Assembly (NCBI GenBank): GCA_947625885.1 | Contig: CANQQA010000004.1 | Span: forward strand, 1,838 to 65,837 | Source: an uncultured Bacteroidales bacterium | GTDB taxonomy: Bacteria; Bacteroidota; Bacteroidia; Bacteroidales; UBA11471 | Reading direction: 5' to 3' | DNA: 64,000 bases | In this document: positions 47,855 to 57,726 of the stretch, in pieces | How the letters are laid out: every line of letters starts with the position of its first letter | Numbering within the stretch: the stretch's first letter is position 1 | Made by a program: the position numbers and the translations under genes | Notes under the pieces: generated by a model | Told to the model about the DNA's origin: nothing | What the model saw: the letters and a program-made list of their open reading frames with translations, nothing else | The model's database searches: none

Positions 47855-48430
47855 ATGAAAACGAATTTGCTGCCGATAGAAAACCGCCGCGATTTCCGGC
47901 AATGGTTAGAACAGCACCACCGGACGGAAAAAGAGTGCTGGATTGCCGTAAAGCGGGGTCGGGCGAAAGACGAGCGCACCTTCCGCTACATCGACGCCGT
48001 AGAAGAAGCCTTGTGTTTCGGCTGGATAGACAGCACGACAAAAAGAATATCCGATACCGTTACGGCACAGCGATTTACGCCGCGCAAGCCGCACAGCCGC
48101 TGGACGGAGCTGAACAAAGAGCGATGCCGCCGCATGGAGCGGCTCGGACTGATGACCGACGCGGGACGTGCAGCTCTGCCCGACATGACGGAGGCAGGTT
48201 TCCGCATCGACGACGCCATATCGGAAGCCTTGCAGGCAGACCCGCTCGTGTGGAGCAACTTTCTGAAATTTCCGCCGCTCTACCGGCGGGTGCGCATCGA
48301 CACGATACAAATCTACCGAAAACGCCAACCGCAGCTTTTCCAAAGCCGTTTGGAAAAATTCATCGCCAACACGCGGCAAGGCATCATGTTCGGCGCATGG
48401 GACGACGAGGGGCGCCTCTCCGAGAAATAA
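47855..48430 (+). CDS. YdeI/OmpD-associated family protein
   Basis: 191 aa. The segments FRQWLEQHH...CWIAV...EALCFGWIDS...RFTPRKPHSRWTELN are typical of this family. The ATG at 47855 lies just after the lpxB stop. The longer track ORF overlaps lpxB. Confidence 0.78.
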   Translation: MKTNLLPIENRRDFRQWLEQHHRTEKECWIAVKRGRAKDERTFRYIDAVEEALCFGWIDSTTKRISDTVTAQRFTPRKPHSRWTELNKERCRRMERLGLMTDAGRAALPDMTEAGFRIDDAISEALQADPLVWSNFLKFPPLYRRVRIDTIQIYRKRQPQLFQSRLEKFIANTRQGIMFGAWDDEGRLSEK

Positions 48431-48448
48431 TCTTCCCCTCCCTTACTG

Positions 48449-48480
48449 CGGCGACATACGAATTTCTGTCGCCGGCTTTT
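48449..48480 (+). terminator. Rho-independent terminator after the YdeI-like gene
   Basis: 8-bp GC-rich stem CGGCGACA / TGTCGCCG (48449-48456 and 48467-48474), followed by GCTTTT. Confidence 0.55.
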
Positions 48481-48545
48481 CAATCAGAGAGAGATTTCAA
48501 AAACACCCGCTTAAAAATTTTTACCGAAAAAAGTTCAAAAAAATT

Positions 48546-48574
48546 TTTGCTTTCGTATTATTTTAATATCTTTG
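48546..48574 (+). promoter_or_regulatory. Bacteroidetes promoter (-33 TTTG, -7 TATCTTTG) for the BspA-like LRR gene
   Basis: TTTG at 48546-48549 and TATCTTTG at 48567-48574, separated by 17 nt. Confidence 0.5.
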
Positions 48575-48683
48575 CGATTGTGAAATAAAAAACCAGTTAC
48601 AACTAATCCATATGAATATCATATATTATTTCGGCAAAAACGGGAAAATATTTCGATGCATAAAACAACAAAAATTCAATTCC

Positions 48684-49553
48684 ATGAAACAACAAATTCT
48701 CACATTCACAAGCGTCCTGTTCCTATGCTTTATCGGATACATGGACGTGGCAGCAGACGAATTCAACGAAGGAAATCTCCACTTCGACATCATTTCCGAA
48801 GCAGAGGCAACCGTATCCGTGAGTTTCAGATATTCAGCGCTGAACCCGTATGAAGGAGAGTGCCGTATTCCCCAAACGGCAACCTACCGAAACAAAACAT
48901 ATAAAATCGTTGCCATCGACGATTTCGCTTTCAAAGGATATATCGGACTAAGAATCCTTGTCATTCCCGAAGGGGTTATCCGCATCGGGAAAGGAGCGTT
49001 CTGGGGCTGCTGCAATCTGACCGATTTAACGATACCCTCCACCGTCGAAGAAATAGGAAGCTGCGCATTCAGGGAGTGCAGCCGCCTGTCGGCGATAAGC
49101 CTTCCCGACAAAACAATTAAAATTGGCGAAGAAACATTTTACAACTGTTCCCGATTGGAAAAAATATCGCTCGGCAACGTGCAGCACATCGGGCAAAATG
49201 CTTTCTATGGCTGCAAAAAGCTCAAAGAGCTGACCGTCTCCCCGAACAATTCCGTCTATACAGTGCAAAACGGTGTCTTATTTAGCGGAAACGGGAAAAA
49301 ACTGCTCGCCTATCCGCAAGCAAAATCCGGAGCTTACCAAGTACCCGAGGGTGTCGAAACAATCGCACGAGGGGCATTTGCCGAAAGCGCATTGACACGG
49401 GTGTCGATACCCGCCGGCGTCATCTACATCGGACTGAAAGCATTTTACGGCTGCGAACAATTGACGACCGTCGTACTGACGGAACGCACGCGAGTGGGAT
49501 ATAAATCGTTCTCCAATTGTCCGAATCTGAAAAGATTAACAATCGCCGAATAA
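48684..49553 (+). CDS. BspA-type leucine-rich repeat surface protein
   Basis: Repeats of about 23 aa of the form IPxxVxxIGxxAFxxCxxLxxIx (LRR_5/BspA type). The signal peptide begins at MKQQILTFTSVLFLC (ATG 48684). An in-frame upstream ATG at 48612 is possible but would bury the signal peptide. Confidence 0.78.
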   Translation: MKQQILTFTSVLFLCFIGYMDVAADEFNEGNLHFDIISEAEATVSVSFRYSALNPYEGECRIPQTATYRNKTYKIVAIDDFAFKGYIGLRILVIPEGVIRIGKGAFWGCCNLTDLTIPSTVEEIGSCAFRECSRLSAISLPDKTIKIGEETFYNCSRLEKISLGNVQHIGQNAFYGCKKLKELTVSPNNSVYTVQNGVLFSGNGKKLLAYPQAKSGAYQVPEGVETIARGAFAESALTRVSIPAGVIYIGLKAFYGCEQLTTVVLTERTRVGYKSFSNCPNLKRLTIAE

Positions 49554-49606
49554 ATCGCACGCTCATTTTCTTATCCTTTACAGATATTTCATCATCTCGG
49601 ACATGG

Positions 49607-49636
49607 CGGGGCTGCTGTTTCATTACGGCAGCCCCG
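49607..49636 (+). terminator. Candidate terminator hairpin after the BspA-like gene
   Basis: 9-bp GC-rich stem CGGGGCTGC / GCAGCCCCG with a 12-nt loop. The downstream T-tract is weak (TTCAATTT). Confidence 0.4.
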
Positions 49637-49782
49637 TTCAATTTACGAAATATTGTAAAAAACGACGTCTGCGATAATTTACCGCCGTACCTTAAAACGC
49701 TGTTTTTCTTTCCAAAATCTTTGTTTTTCTTGATTTTTACTTTTTTTTGTATTTATATTTTTATATTTCCTTACAAAATATT

Positions 49783-49790
49783 TAATTTTG
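49783..49790 (+). promoter_or_regulatory. -7 box TAATTTTG upstream of the eight-gene Sus/thioredoxin operon
   Basis: Lies 30 nt upstream of the ATG at 49821. It overlaps the TTG (49788) that the ORF track used as a start, which argues against that start. Confidence 0.45.
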
Positions 49791-49820
49791 CGCCCGTCTT
49801 TTGAACACACACGAATAGTT

Positions 49821-52800
49821 ATGCTTAAAGAGAAAAAAGAAATTCTCGTCATTATCTTACTTTTTTATTTGCTTCCCTTTGCGACATATGCTCAACAGGA
49901 AAATAAATCGACACGTTCACTTTACGGCTGTGTAACAGACGAAAGTGGCGAACCCCTGCTCGGCGTATCGGTCATTCCGACAAATTTTCCGGCATACAGC
50001 ACCGTAACCGACGAAGAAGGCAAATATGTACTCCGGCATATACCCGCAGGAGCAAAATCTGTAACGTACAGACTATTGGGTATGAAAACGGAGGTGCAGA
50101 TGATTGGCGGTAAAGAAAAAATCGACGTCATCATGATTGAAGACGTAAATTCGCTGGAAGAAGTCATCATCACCGGCTATCAGAAAATCGACAAACGATA
50201 TTCGACAAGCGCCGTAACCTCCATGAAAATGGAAGACATAAACCTGCCGGGCGTTTCCAGCCTCGACCAAATGTTGGAAGGAAAAATTCCCGACATGATG
50301 ATCACGACAAACAGCGGCGAGGTAAATTCGACTCCGCGCTTGCGCATTCGCGGTACTTCGACACTGATAGGCAATCGTGAGCCGCTATGGGTGCTCGACG
50401 GTGTTGTGCTGACCGACCCTATCGAGCTGAGCCCCGACGTACTGAACGATCCCGACTACGTAAACCGCGTCGGTAATGCCATTTCGGGTATCAATCCGCA
50501 GGATATTCTCCGCATCGACGTTCTGAAAGATGCAGCCGCCACAGCTCTGTACGGTACTCGCGCCGCCAACGGCGTCATCGTGATAACGACAAAAAGCGGA
50601 CGTGACGGAAAGCCCATACTTGCCTATTCAGCGACTTTCACCGGCAGACGCCGCCCCCATTACACGGATTCAAAAATAAATCTTATGAATTCAAATGAGC
50701 GAATACAGTTCTCGCAATCGTTGGTAGAACAACACTACCGCTACCCGAGCAGCATGCCGTTGGTGGGGTATGAACATGCGTTGAGCAATCTGTATATGGG
50801 AATCTATACACAAGAGCAATTCGACGTGGCAGTAAATGAAATGGCAAGCATGAACACCGACTGGTTCGATATTCTATGCCACAATTCATTCTCGCATGAC
50901 CACAGCCTGTCGATTTCGGGAGGAAGCGAACGCATTCGCTACTACGCCTCATTAGGATATACCGGTCAGGACGACGTTATCAAAAACACCACCAACCGGC
51001 GCTATACCGGTATGGCAAAATTGAATATAGAGCTATTCAAGAATTTCGATGTATCGTTGAATATCAACGCATATCAAAATGACCGCAAGTACAACGCTCC
51101 CGAAATCAACCCCACCCAATATGCCTACAAGACATCTCGTGCCATTCCGGCTTACAATAGCGACGGCTCCTATTTTTACTATAAAAAATATGCCGGAGGT
51201 CAAGCCGGATATTTGAATTACAATATTCTGAACGAACTCGATAATTCGGGACAGAAACAAAATGTAAACAATATCATGGGTACGGTGAACCTGCATTACC
51301 AACCGCTTTCGTGGCTGCACCTGAACGGAATTTTGTCGTTGAACACGGCGTCGAGTTCGTCGGAAACCCTTTACGGAGAAAGCACGTTCCACAGTTCGAC
51401 GCTGCGCAAAAGCGAGGTCGGCGTCGTTCCCGACACCTACAGTGAAATGCCGTACGGAGGTGAATTTACGGTATCTACGACCAACACCAAAGGCTATATG
51501 GCACGTCTGCAAATAGATATCAACAAATATTTCGGAGCAGAAGCCAAGCACCAAATCAACTTCTCTCTCGGAGGTGAAGTTTCATCGACGGTCTACGAAG
51601 GTTACACCCGCACCGATCGTGGCTATTACCCCGACCGAGGTAAGACATTCGTGATAAACATACCGACGAGCTACGCCAACTATTACAGCTGGCTGAGCGG
51701 CAATGTGCCGACAATCACCGACCAAAAGACCAATCTGGTATCGGCATACGCCACCTTATCCTATATGTATAAAGACTTGTTCATACTGAACGGTAACACC
51801 CGCTACGACGGGTCGAACAAATTCGGCAGCCGCAGCAACGAAAAGCTCCTGCCCATTTGGTCGGTTTCGGGAAATGCCAATCTGAAAAGCATTGCAAGGA
51901 TAGATGCCGACCGAATCGACTTTCTTTCGCTCAAAGTGTCATACGGTGAACAAGGAAATATGCTCGACGGACAAACGCCTGTCATGGTCATCAAAAAAGG
52001 CACCATGGACGCCTACTACGGCGAAATGGTAACGACGGCAGCCTATTTCGCCAATCCCGATTTGGAGTGGGAAAAGACCCGTTCCGCCAATCTCGGTTTA
52101 GAGACGAGCTTCTTTGCCGGACGTCTGCAACTCGCCGTGGAGCTGTATCACAAACGTACTACCGACGCGTTCATGTCGAAAACCATCAGCGACGTAAACG
52201 GCTATACCTCTTATATTGTCAATTCGGGTACTATCGTAAACAAAGGTTATAACATATCTCTCTCGGCAACGCCGGTGAAAGTGCGCAATTTTTACTGGAT
52301 ACTGTCGGGCAATCTGTCGAAAGCATATAATAAGGTAACGACTGCTCCGGGCGGCGAAACGTATGAGTTGAGCGATTTTCTGAACGGCACCGCCGTGGTG
52401 AAAGGGCAGCCGGTAGGGACTTTTTACAGCTACCAGTTTGTGGGATTGAGCAGCGAAGACGGAGGTCCCATAATCGAAGACTGGGAAGACCGACAGAGCG
52501 AACTGAAAAACGCCGACAACTACGAAGCCTACACCAAAGTGCTCGTGCCAAGCGGTAAACGCGAACCCGACCTGACGGGAAGTATCACCAACACATTTAC
52601 TTACAGGCAATGGCGGTTGGGGGTAACATTCACCTACTCGTGCGGCGCCAGTACCCGTCTGTTCCGCCTGTTCGACGGATTCACAAGCGGCTATTCGAGC
52701 GAAGAAAATATCAGTCGCGATTTGATGAACCGCTGGCAGAAACCCGGAGACGAAGCGCACACGAATATTCCTTCCATCATGGGCAGCGGCAACAACAGCT

Positions 52801-53132
52801 ACTGGCTCTATAACGGTCATTGGAGCAACGGCGATTACTATACGGGACCTATCATCGCCTACGACGCATGGACGATGTACGATTATTCCACCGCCCGGGT
52901 GGTGAGCGCCGACTACGTGAAGTTGCAGAATGTATCTCTCACCTACGAATTTGCAAAAAAACTGCTCCGGAAATGCCGGCTCGGTCGTTTGGCGATTACC
53001 GCCTCAGCGACGAACCTCTACACGTTCTGCGACAAACGCCTGCGCGGACAGACGCCTACGCAGGGCGGTTTCTCGGAAATTCAACTCGGCGACACGCCCA
53101 CTTACAATCTCATGCTTAACATAGAATTCTAA
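49821..53132 (+). CDS. SusC/RagA-family TonB-dependent outer-membrane transporter
   Basis: Signal peptide (LLPFATYAQQ), CarbopepD_reg-like module (LYGCVTDESGEPLLGVSVIP), plug (LRIRGTSTL, VLDGVV), barrel, terminal F (NIEF). There is no STN/anti-sigma signalling extension. Confidence 0.92.
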   Translation: MLKEKKEILVIILLFYLLPFATYAQQENKSTRSLYGCVTDESGEPLLGVSVIPTNFPAYSTVTDEEGKYVLRHIPAGAKSVTYRLLGMKTEVQMIGGKEKIDVIMIEDVNSLEEVIITGYQKIDKRYSTSAVTSMKMEDINLPGVSSLDQMLEGKIPDMMITTNSGEVNSTPRLRIRGTSTLIGNREPLWVLDGVVLTDPIELSPDVLNDPDYVNRVGNAISGINPQDILRIDVLKDAAATALYGTRAANGVIVITTKSGRDGKPILAYSATFTGRRRPHYTDSKINLMNSNERIQFSQSLVEQHYRYPSSMPLVGYEHALSNLYMGIYTQEQFDVAVNEMASMNTDWFDILCHNSFSHDHSLSISGGSERIRYYASLGYTGQDDVIKNTTNRRYTGMAKLNIELFKNFDVSLNINAYQNDRKYNAPEINPTQYAYKTSRAIPAYNSDGSYFYYKKYAGGQAGYLNYNILNELDNSGQKQNVNNIMGTVNLHYQPLSWLHLNGILSLNTASSSSETLYGESTFHSSTLRKSEVGVVPDTYSEMPYGGEFTVSTTNTKGYMARLQIDINKYFGAEAKHQINFSLGGEVSSTVYEGYTRTDRGYYPDRGKTFVINIPTSYANYYSWLSGNVPTITDQKTNLVSAYATLSYMYKDLFILNGNTRYDGSNKFGSRSNEKLLPIWSVSGNANLKSIARIDADRIDFLSLKVSYGEQGNMLDGQTPVMVIKKGTMDAYYGEMVTTAAYFANPDLEWEKTRSANLGLETSFFAGRLQLAVELYHKRTTDAFMSKTISDVNGYTSYIVNSGTIVNKGYNISLSATPVKVRNFYWILSGNLSKAYNKVTTAPGGETYELSDFLNGTAVVKGQPVGTFYSYQFVGLSSEDGGPIIEDWEDRQSELKNADNYEAYTKVLVPSGKREPDLTGSITNTFTYRQWRLGVTFTYSCGASTRLFRLFDGFTSGYSSEENISRDLMNRWQKPGDEAHTNIPSIMGSGNNSYWLYNGHWSNGDYYTGPIIAYDAWTMYDYSTARVVSADYVKLQNVSLTYEFAKKLLRKCRLGRLAITASATNLYTFCDKRLRGQTPTQGGFSEIQLGDTPTYNLMLNIEF

Positions 53133-53134
53133 AT

Positions 53135-54721
53135 ATGAAACGATTGCAACATATATTCATCTGTTCGACGGCTCTCTTTCTCTGCCTGATGTCGGCGGCG
53201 TGCAATTTTCTCGAAGAGTATTCGCAAGATACCGATTATGTGCGCACGTGGAAAGATCTCGACGAGCTGTTAATCGGCGACTGCTATCTGCCGGTGTACG
53301 AATCCGATTATTTGGCATTTACCCGCACGCCCGCATCGTGGATACACCTGCTGGGCGACGAAATGGAGGAATCGCAGACGGGCTGGGACATGAGTACGTC
53401 GGCTTCCGGCGATTTCCGCGCCAATGCTTTCGGCTATTTCACATGGCAGCAGCGGGTGGGCATAAACGAGTCGGAGACCGAATATTTTGCCGAAAACGGA
53501 ACATGGACAAAATTCTACTACTGCATCAATGTTGCGAACAACATCATCACTTCCGTAGAGAATGTACCCTGCAACAGCGACGACGAGCGGCAGGGCGTGC
53601 ACAAGGTCAAAGGCGAAGCGCATTTCCTGCGCGCCTTTTACTACTTCTGGTTGGCAAACCTTTACGGGAAACCTTACGACCCGCAAACTGCCGCCGCCGA
53701 CTTATGCGTGCCGCTGAAAGTGAGCGACAAGGTGGAAGACCGTAAATTCTCGCGACAGACCGTCGCCGAAATATATGCACAGATACTTTCCGACCTCGAC
53801 ATTGCCGAGCGGGAATTGGAGCTTTACTCCACACCGAAAGTGAGCATCTATCGAGCCGACTCCACTGCCTGCCACCTGTTGCAAAGCCGGGTGTATCTGT
53901 ATATGCAGCAATGGGAAAAGGCTGCCCTGTATGCGAAAAAGGTCATGCAGGCACACCCTGCTCTCTACAATTTCAACACGGCTACCGGCAAATTTTCCGT
54001 GAAAGACAATCCGGAAAATCTTTTCTCGATGGGCGGCAACGATGTCCACAAACTTTTCGACTACGCGTGCCAGTCTTTCTCCGTCAGCCGAGAGCTTTAC
54101 GACACCTATACGAGCAGCGACCTGCGCAAGACGCGTTGGTATTGGAAGAAAGGCGACTTTGCCGGTCCTATCCGCACGACCACCAACCCCACCTATTACA
54201 ATTATGACCCCACAAAAGGCGAGTACTATTCGTATTCTTATGCCGACAAAAGCCGTCAGGAAGAGGTGTCGGGACAATTTCTCATGCGCTCGGCAGAGGC
54301 TTACCTGAACTATGCCGAAGCCGAAGCCTATCTCGGTCATGACGCCGAAGCGCGAAACACACTCAATACGCTGCGTGCCTACCGCTTTTCAAGCGACAAC
54401 AGCGGAGTGAATGTTTCCGGAAGCGAACTAATCACCGCCATTCGCCGCGAACGCCGTCTGGAACTCGCCCTCGAAGGGCACCGCTGGTTCGACCTTCGCC
54501 GGTATATGGTATGCGCCGTGCAGCCTGAGAGTCACTCCATCACCCACGAATGGACTTATTACTCCGACTATCTTTCCTGTAATGCGGTAAAGCGGTACCG
54601 TTTCGTGCTCGAAGAAAACGACGAAGCCTATACCCTGCCTATCCCGCAGGAAGAGCTGGACTTCAATACCGGAATGCCTAACAACCCACATCCTTACCGC
54701 GAACATACCCAAGTATTATGA
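53135..54721 (+). CDS. SusD/RagB-family outer-membrane lipoprotein
   Basis: Lipobox (LMSAAC). SusD core motifs (AHFLRAFYYFWLANLYGKPY, MRSAEAYLNYAEA, ERRLELALEGHRWFDLRR). Lies 2 nt after the SusC-like gene. Confidence 0.9.
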   Translation: MKRLQHIFICSTALFLCLMSAACNFLEEYSQDTDYVRTWKDLDELLIGDCYLPVYESDYLAFTRTPASWIHLLGDEMEESQTGWDMSTSASGDFRANAFGYFTWQQRVGINESETEYFAENGTWTKFYYCINVANNIITSVENVPCNSDDERQGVHKVKGEAHFLRAFYYFWLANLYGKPYDPQTAAADLCVPLKVSDKVEDRKFSRQTVAEIYAQILSDLDIAERELELYSTPKVSIYRADSTACHLLQSRVYLYMQQWEKAALYAKKVMQAHPALYNFNTATGKFSVKDNPENLFSMGGNDVHKLFDYACQSFSVSRELYDTYTSSDLRKTRWYWKKGDFAGPIRTTTNPTYYNYDPTKGEYYSYSYADKSRQEEVSGQFLMRSAEAYLNYAEAEAYLGHDAEARNTLNTLRAYRFSSDNSGVNVSGSELITAIRRERRLELALEGHRWFDLRRYMVCAVQPESHSITHEWTYYSDYLSCNAVKRYRFVLEENDEAYTLPIPQEELDFNTGMPNNPHPYREHTQVL

Positions 54722-55617
54722 AAAAGATTTCTTACCTCGTACCGTTCTTGGCAATCATCGGGCTATCCGCCTGTACGGAAGATGCCGTAGTGCCAGACCT
54801 GCAAGACGTAACCGTACCTTTCATGCCGGCGCCCGACGACCAAAGCGAGGAGGCGCAGCTCCGACGGGAGTTTCACGACCGATACGGCTCGTACCTGCTT
54901 TTCAACGATACCCTGCAATATCGGGAAACCGGCAATGACGCCAACGGCGACCTGCACTATTTCACCGAAGTGCTCCAACTCGAATACAACGTGGGTATGA
55001 ACGTTTCCGCTGCCGAGTCGTTCACCTATACCCTGCTGAACGACATGGAGTCCAAACACAAGGCATTGCAGTACCTCGAAGAAGAGATACTCATACATTT
55101 TTCCGGCAAGATAAAACCGTTTTCATGGCTTTTGGTCGATAAAATCAGCCGCAAACACACCAACAATATCTCCTCGCCGTATGCCGCCACGGGCGAAAGA
55201 GCCATCGTCATTGCCTGCAACGTGCTTTTCACGCTCAATGAAGCACAGAAAGAGCAGTTTACGGCACAGGTCATGAACACGATCATCAGCAAGCCCGTCA
55301 ACGACAACATCGAAATGTTCGATAACTTTTTGTCGGTGAGCGAGGCATACTACAACGGCACGTTCACCGATCCCGGCTCTACGACGGAAAACATGAAAAT
55401 ACTCAACGAGGCAGGATTCATCTGCCGCGGTCGGAGTTACGGCAGAGACGCCAACGGTATCTATCCCGATCAGGAACTCGACCTCAGCGCCTTCGCCCGC
55501 AAAGTCATAGCGAACGATGCGGAGCAAGTGCAGAAAGAGTATCAGAATTATCCTCTGGTCGTGCAAAAATGCGACCTGATGCGCACCACCTTAAAAACAC
55601 TCGGATATGTGGAATAA
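54718..55617 (+). CDS. Hypothetical lipoprotein (no recognisable family)
   Basis: Lipobox (IIGLSAC). Start overlaps the SusD stop (ATGA). It occupies the position usually taken by a surface glycan-binding protein. Confidence 0.68.
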   Translation: MKKISYLVPFLAIIGLSACTEDAVVPDLQDVTVPFMPAPDDQSEEAQLRREFHDRYGSYLLFNDTLQYRETGNDANGDLHYFTEVLQLEYNVGMNVSAAESFTYTLLNDMESKHKALQYLEEEILIHFSGKIKPFSWLLVDKISRKHTNNISSPYAATGERAIVIACNVLFTLNEAQKEQFTAQVMNTIISKPVNDNIEMFDNFLSVSEAYYNGTFTDPGSTTENMKILNEAGFICRGRSYGRDANGIYPDQELDLSAFARKVIANDAEQVQKEYQNYPLVVQKCDLMRTTLKTLGYVE

Positions 55618-56248
55618 TATAAACAGTCTTTTGCCCGGACGGAAAAATCCGTTCCTGCTTTTATTTGCCGCCCTGTTCGTCGTGTCTTGCTCCGACGAGA
55701 ACGACTTTGTCATTGAAGAACCGACGGCGCAAAGCGTATTCGTGGACGAACGCGACAGCACGGAATACCGCTACGTGCATATCGGCGGACTCGACTGGAC
55801 GATAGACAATCTTGCCTACGATCTCGGCGACCTCGATTTAAGCCGCGTGTATCAATCGGTCGATGACGATGCGAAACAGGTTTACACGACGACAAAACGC
55901 GCCAAATACGGTATGCTCTACTCCTACTCGGGTGCCGTACAGGCGGTACCGGAAGGGTGGCGGCTTCCCACCGACGAAGACTGGGCGGCGTTGGAGGCAT
56001 CGCACGGCTACCTCTCCGAGTCTTTCAACCTGCTCTACGGAGGTTATTACACCAAAAACAAGTACGCCGCGGCAGATAACGGCAACCGTTTCATGGGGTC
56101 GTGGGCTTACTTCTGGACGGTGAGCGGCGACTCCGGCAAAGACGGACAATACTATTTCATTCGCAAAAAATTCTACGACAGAGACTACATGGAGCGGCTC
56201 AGCATCGAGCCGGAGGCTTATTACCTCAGCGTAAGACTCGTACGATAA
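55607..56248 (+). CDS. FISUMP-domain lipoprotein (Fibrobacter succinogenes major paralogous domain, TIGR02145-like)
   Basis: Lipobox (LFVVSC). Pattern DERDSTEYRYVHIGGLDWTIDNL ... YGMLYSY ... VPEGWRLPTDEDWAAL ... AYFWT ... LSVRLVR follows the FISUMP consensus (RDGxxY..V.IG.Q.W..NL / GxLY.W / CPxGWxLPsxxEW / SVRCV). Confidence 0.78.
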   Translation: MWNNINSLLPGRKNPFLLLFAALFVVSCSDENDFVIEEPTAQSVFVDERDSTEYRYVHIGGLDWTIDNLAYDLGDLDLSRVYQSVDDDAKQVYTTTKRAKYGMLYSYSGAVQAVPEGWRLPTDEDWAALEASHGYLSESFNLLYGGYYTKNKYAAADNGNRFMGSWAYFWTVSGDSGKDGQYYFIRKKFYDRDYMERLSIEPEAYYLSVRLVR

Positions 56249-56279
56249 GAATTTCTATTATTTCCAAAACCATACCATC

Positions 56280-57719
56280 ATGAAAAAATTGAATGTTTTA
56301 CTGCTGACGCTGCTCTGCTGCGCTTCCTGTTCCCGCACCCCGCAGGCAACTTTTACGGGCAGCATCGGCAATTACGACCCCGACGACGTTTTATTCATCT
56401 ACGTACAGGGTCTCGAACAGGCGGGTTACGATACGCTCGACATCGACGCCAAGGGGAATTTCACCTACACCGTCGCATTGGAAGAGCTTTCGGAAGGGAT
56501 TGTTTTCGCCGGCAGCAAGCAGGACGAAAACGGCAGCGACCGCAGCAACTCTTTCTGCGTACTCCTTCAACCGGGTAAAACGGTTCATGCCGACATCGCT
56601 CTCCGTCCCCTGTCCGTGAAATTCTCCGGCGACGAAGCCGCCAAATCGACTTACGCCAACCAATTCTACCAAGCCTTTTCGCTCTCCCCGTCTTTCACCG
56701 GCGACACGCTGGCAGCCGTTCACCCGACCTTTGCCGCCGCCGAAGCATTTGTCGACGGCGAAATTGCGAAAATGAAGGCGACCGTCGAGACCATCACCGA
56801 CAAGACTTTTGCGGAGGAGGCGCTCAGCGCCCTCGCCGATCGGCGTGAAAGCGCTCTTTTCGACTACGCCATCGGCAGCGAAAAGATAGGTCGCGCCATG
56901 TCGTCCGATGCCGATTTCGGCAAGTTCGTCGCCGACATCGACCCGAACGACACCCTGCAAATCGGTCGGATTTACAATTACATCGAATGGTACTACACCG
57001 CTCACCCGGGTCTTTACCTGCCCTTGTCCGCCGGAGGCGCCAAAATCAAATACCTCACCGAATACACGCAAAACCAAGATGTGCGCAACCAAATGGCAAA
57101 CCTCTATCTCGTGAACATTCTTTTCCTCGCTTCGTTCGGACTCGATACGTCCAACAGTGAATTCAAAGATCTGTACGAACAGTATCTCGCCGTTTCCACC
57201 GACACCACCTACACGAAGTTCGTCAAAGAGAGTCTTGCCGGCATGGCAGCGCAGGAGCCCGGCAAGGAGCCTATCGACTTCACACTCGAATATGCCGACA
57301 GCACGCCGGTGCAGTTTGCCGCGCTGATGGGCAGCGGACACGTTACCTACGTCGATTTCTGGGCGACATGGTGCGGTCCCTGCAAAGCGGAAATACCGCA
57401 CCTCGACAAAATGGCTGTCTACTACAAAGAGAAAGGCTTGCTCTACTCCGCCCAAAATCCGAAGGGTAAAGTGCGCATCATCTCCATCTCTATCGACGCC
57501 GACCGTCAGGCATGGCTCGACAAAATCGCGAAAGACGCCCCGATATGGGAGCAGTGCATCGTACCCGACATCGAAAACTGCGCAGGGCTTACGGGTTACA
57601 ATATCCAAAGCATACCCCGATTCATGCTTTTCGATGCCGACGGCAAACTCTACCGCTCGTCCGCTCCGCGTCCGAGCGAGGTCGAAACCCGCGCCCTTAT
57701 CGACAGCATGATACGGTAG
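56280..57719 (+). CDS. TlpA-like thiol-disulfide oxidoreductase lipoprotein (N-terminal beta-sandwich, helical linker, thioredoxin domain)
   Basis: Lipobox (LLCCASC). The C-terminal thioredoxin fold has the active site YVDFWATWCGPCKAEIP and a cis-Pro region (IQSIPRFMLF). Confidence 0.85.
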   Translation: MKKLNVLLLTLLCCASCSRTPQATFTGSIGNYDPDDVLFIYVQGLEQAGYDTLDIDAKGNFTYTVALEELSEGIVFAGSKQDENGSDRSNSFCVLLQPGKTVHADIALRPLSVKFSGDEAAKSTYANQFYQAFSLSPSFTGDTLAAVHPTFAAAEAFVDGEIAKMKATVETITDKTFAEEALSALADRRESALFDYAIGSEKIGRAMSSDADFGKFVADIDPNDTLQIGRIYNYIEWYYTAHPGLYLPLSAGGAKIKYLTEYTQNQDVRNQMANLYLVNILFLASFGLDTSNSEFKDLYEQYLAVSTDTTYTKFVKESLAGMAAQEPGKEPIDFTLEYADSTPVQFAALMGSGHVTYVDFWATWCGPCKAEIPHLDKMAVYYKEKGLLYSAQNPKGKVRIISISIDADRQAWLDKIAKDAPIWEQCIVPDIENCAGLTGYNIQSIPRFMLFDADGKLYRSSAPRPSEVETRALIDSMIR

Positions 57720-57726
57720 CTCGCAC

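Noticed and set aside
46750-47979. 409-aa ORF antisense to lpxB, and 47902-48588 / 47906-48379 overlapping the YdeI-like gene.
   Set aside because: The LpxB and YdeI-family motifs are on the plus strand in the annotated frames. The competing ORFs lack motifs and cross gene boundaries.
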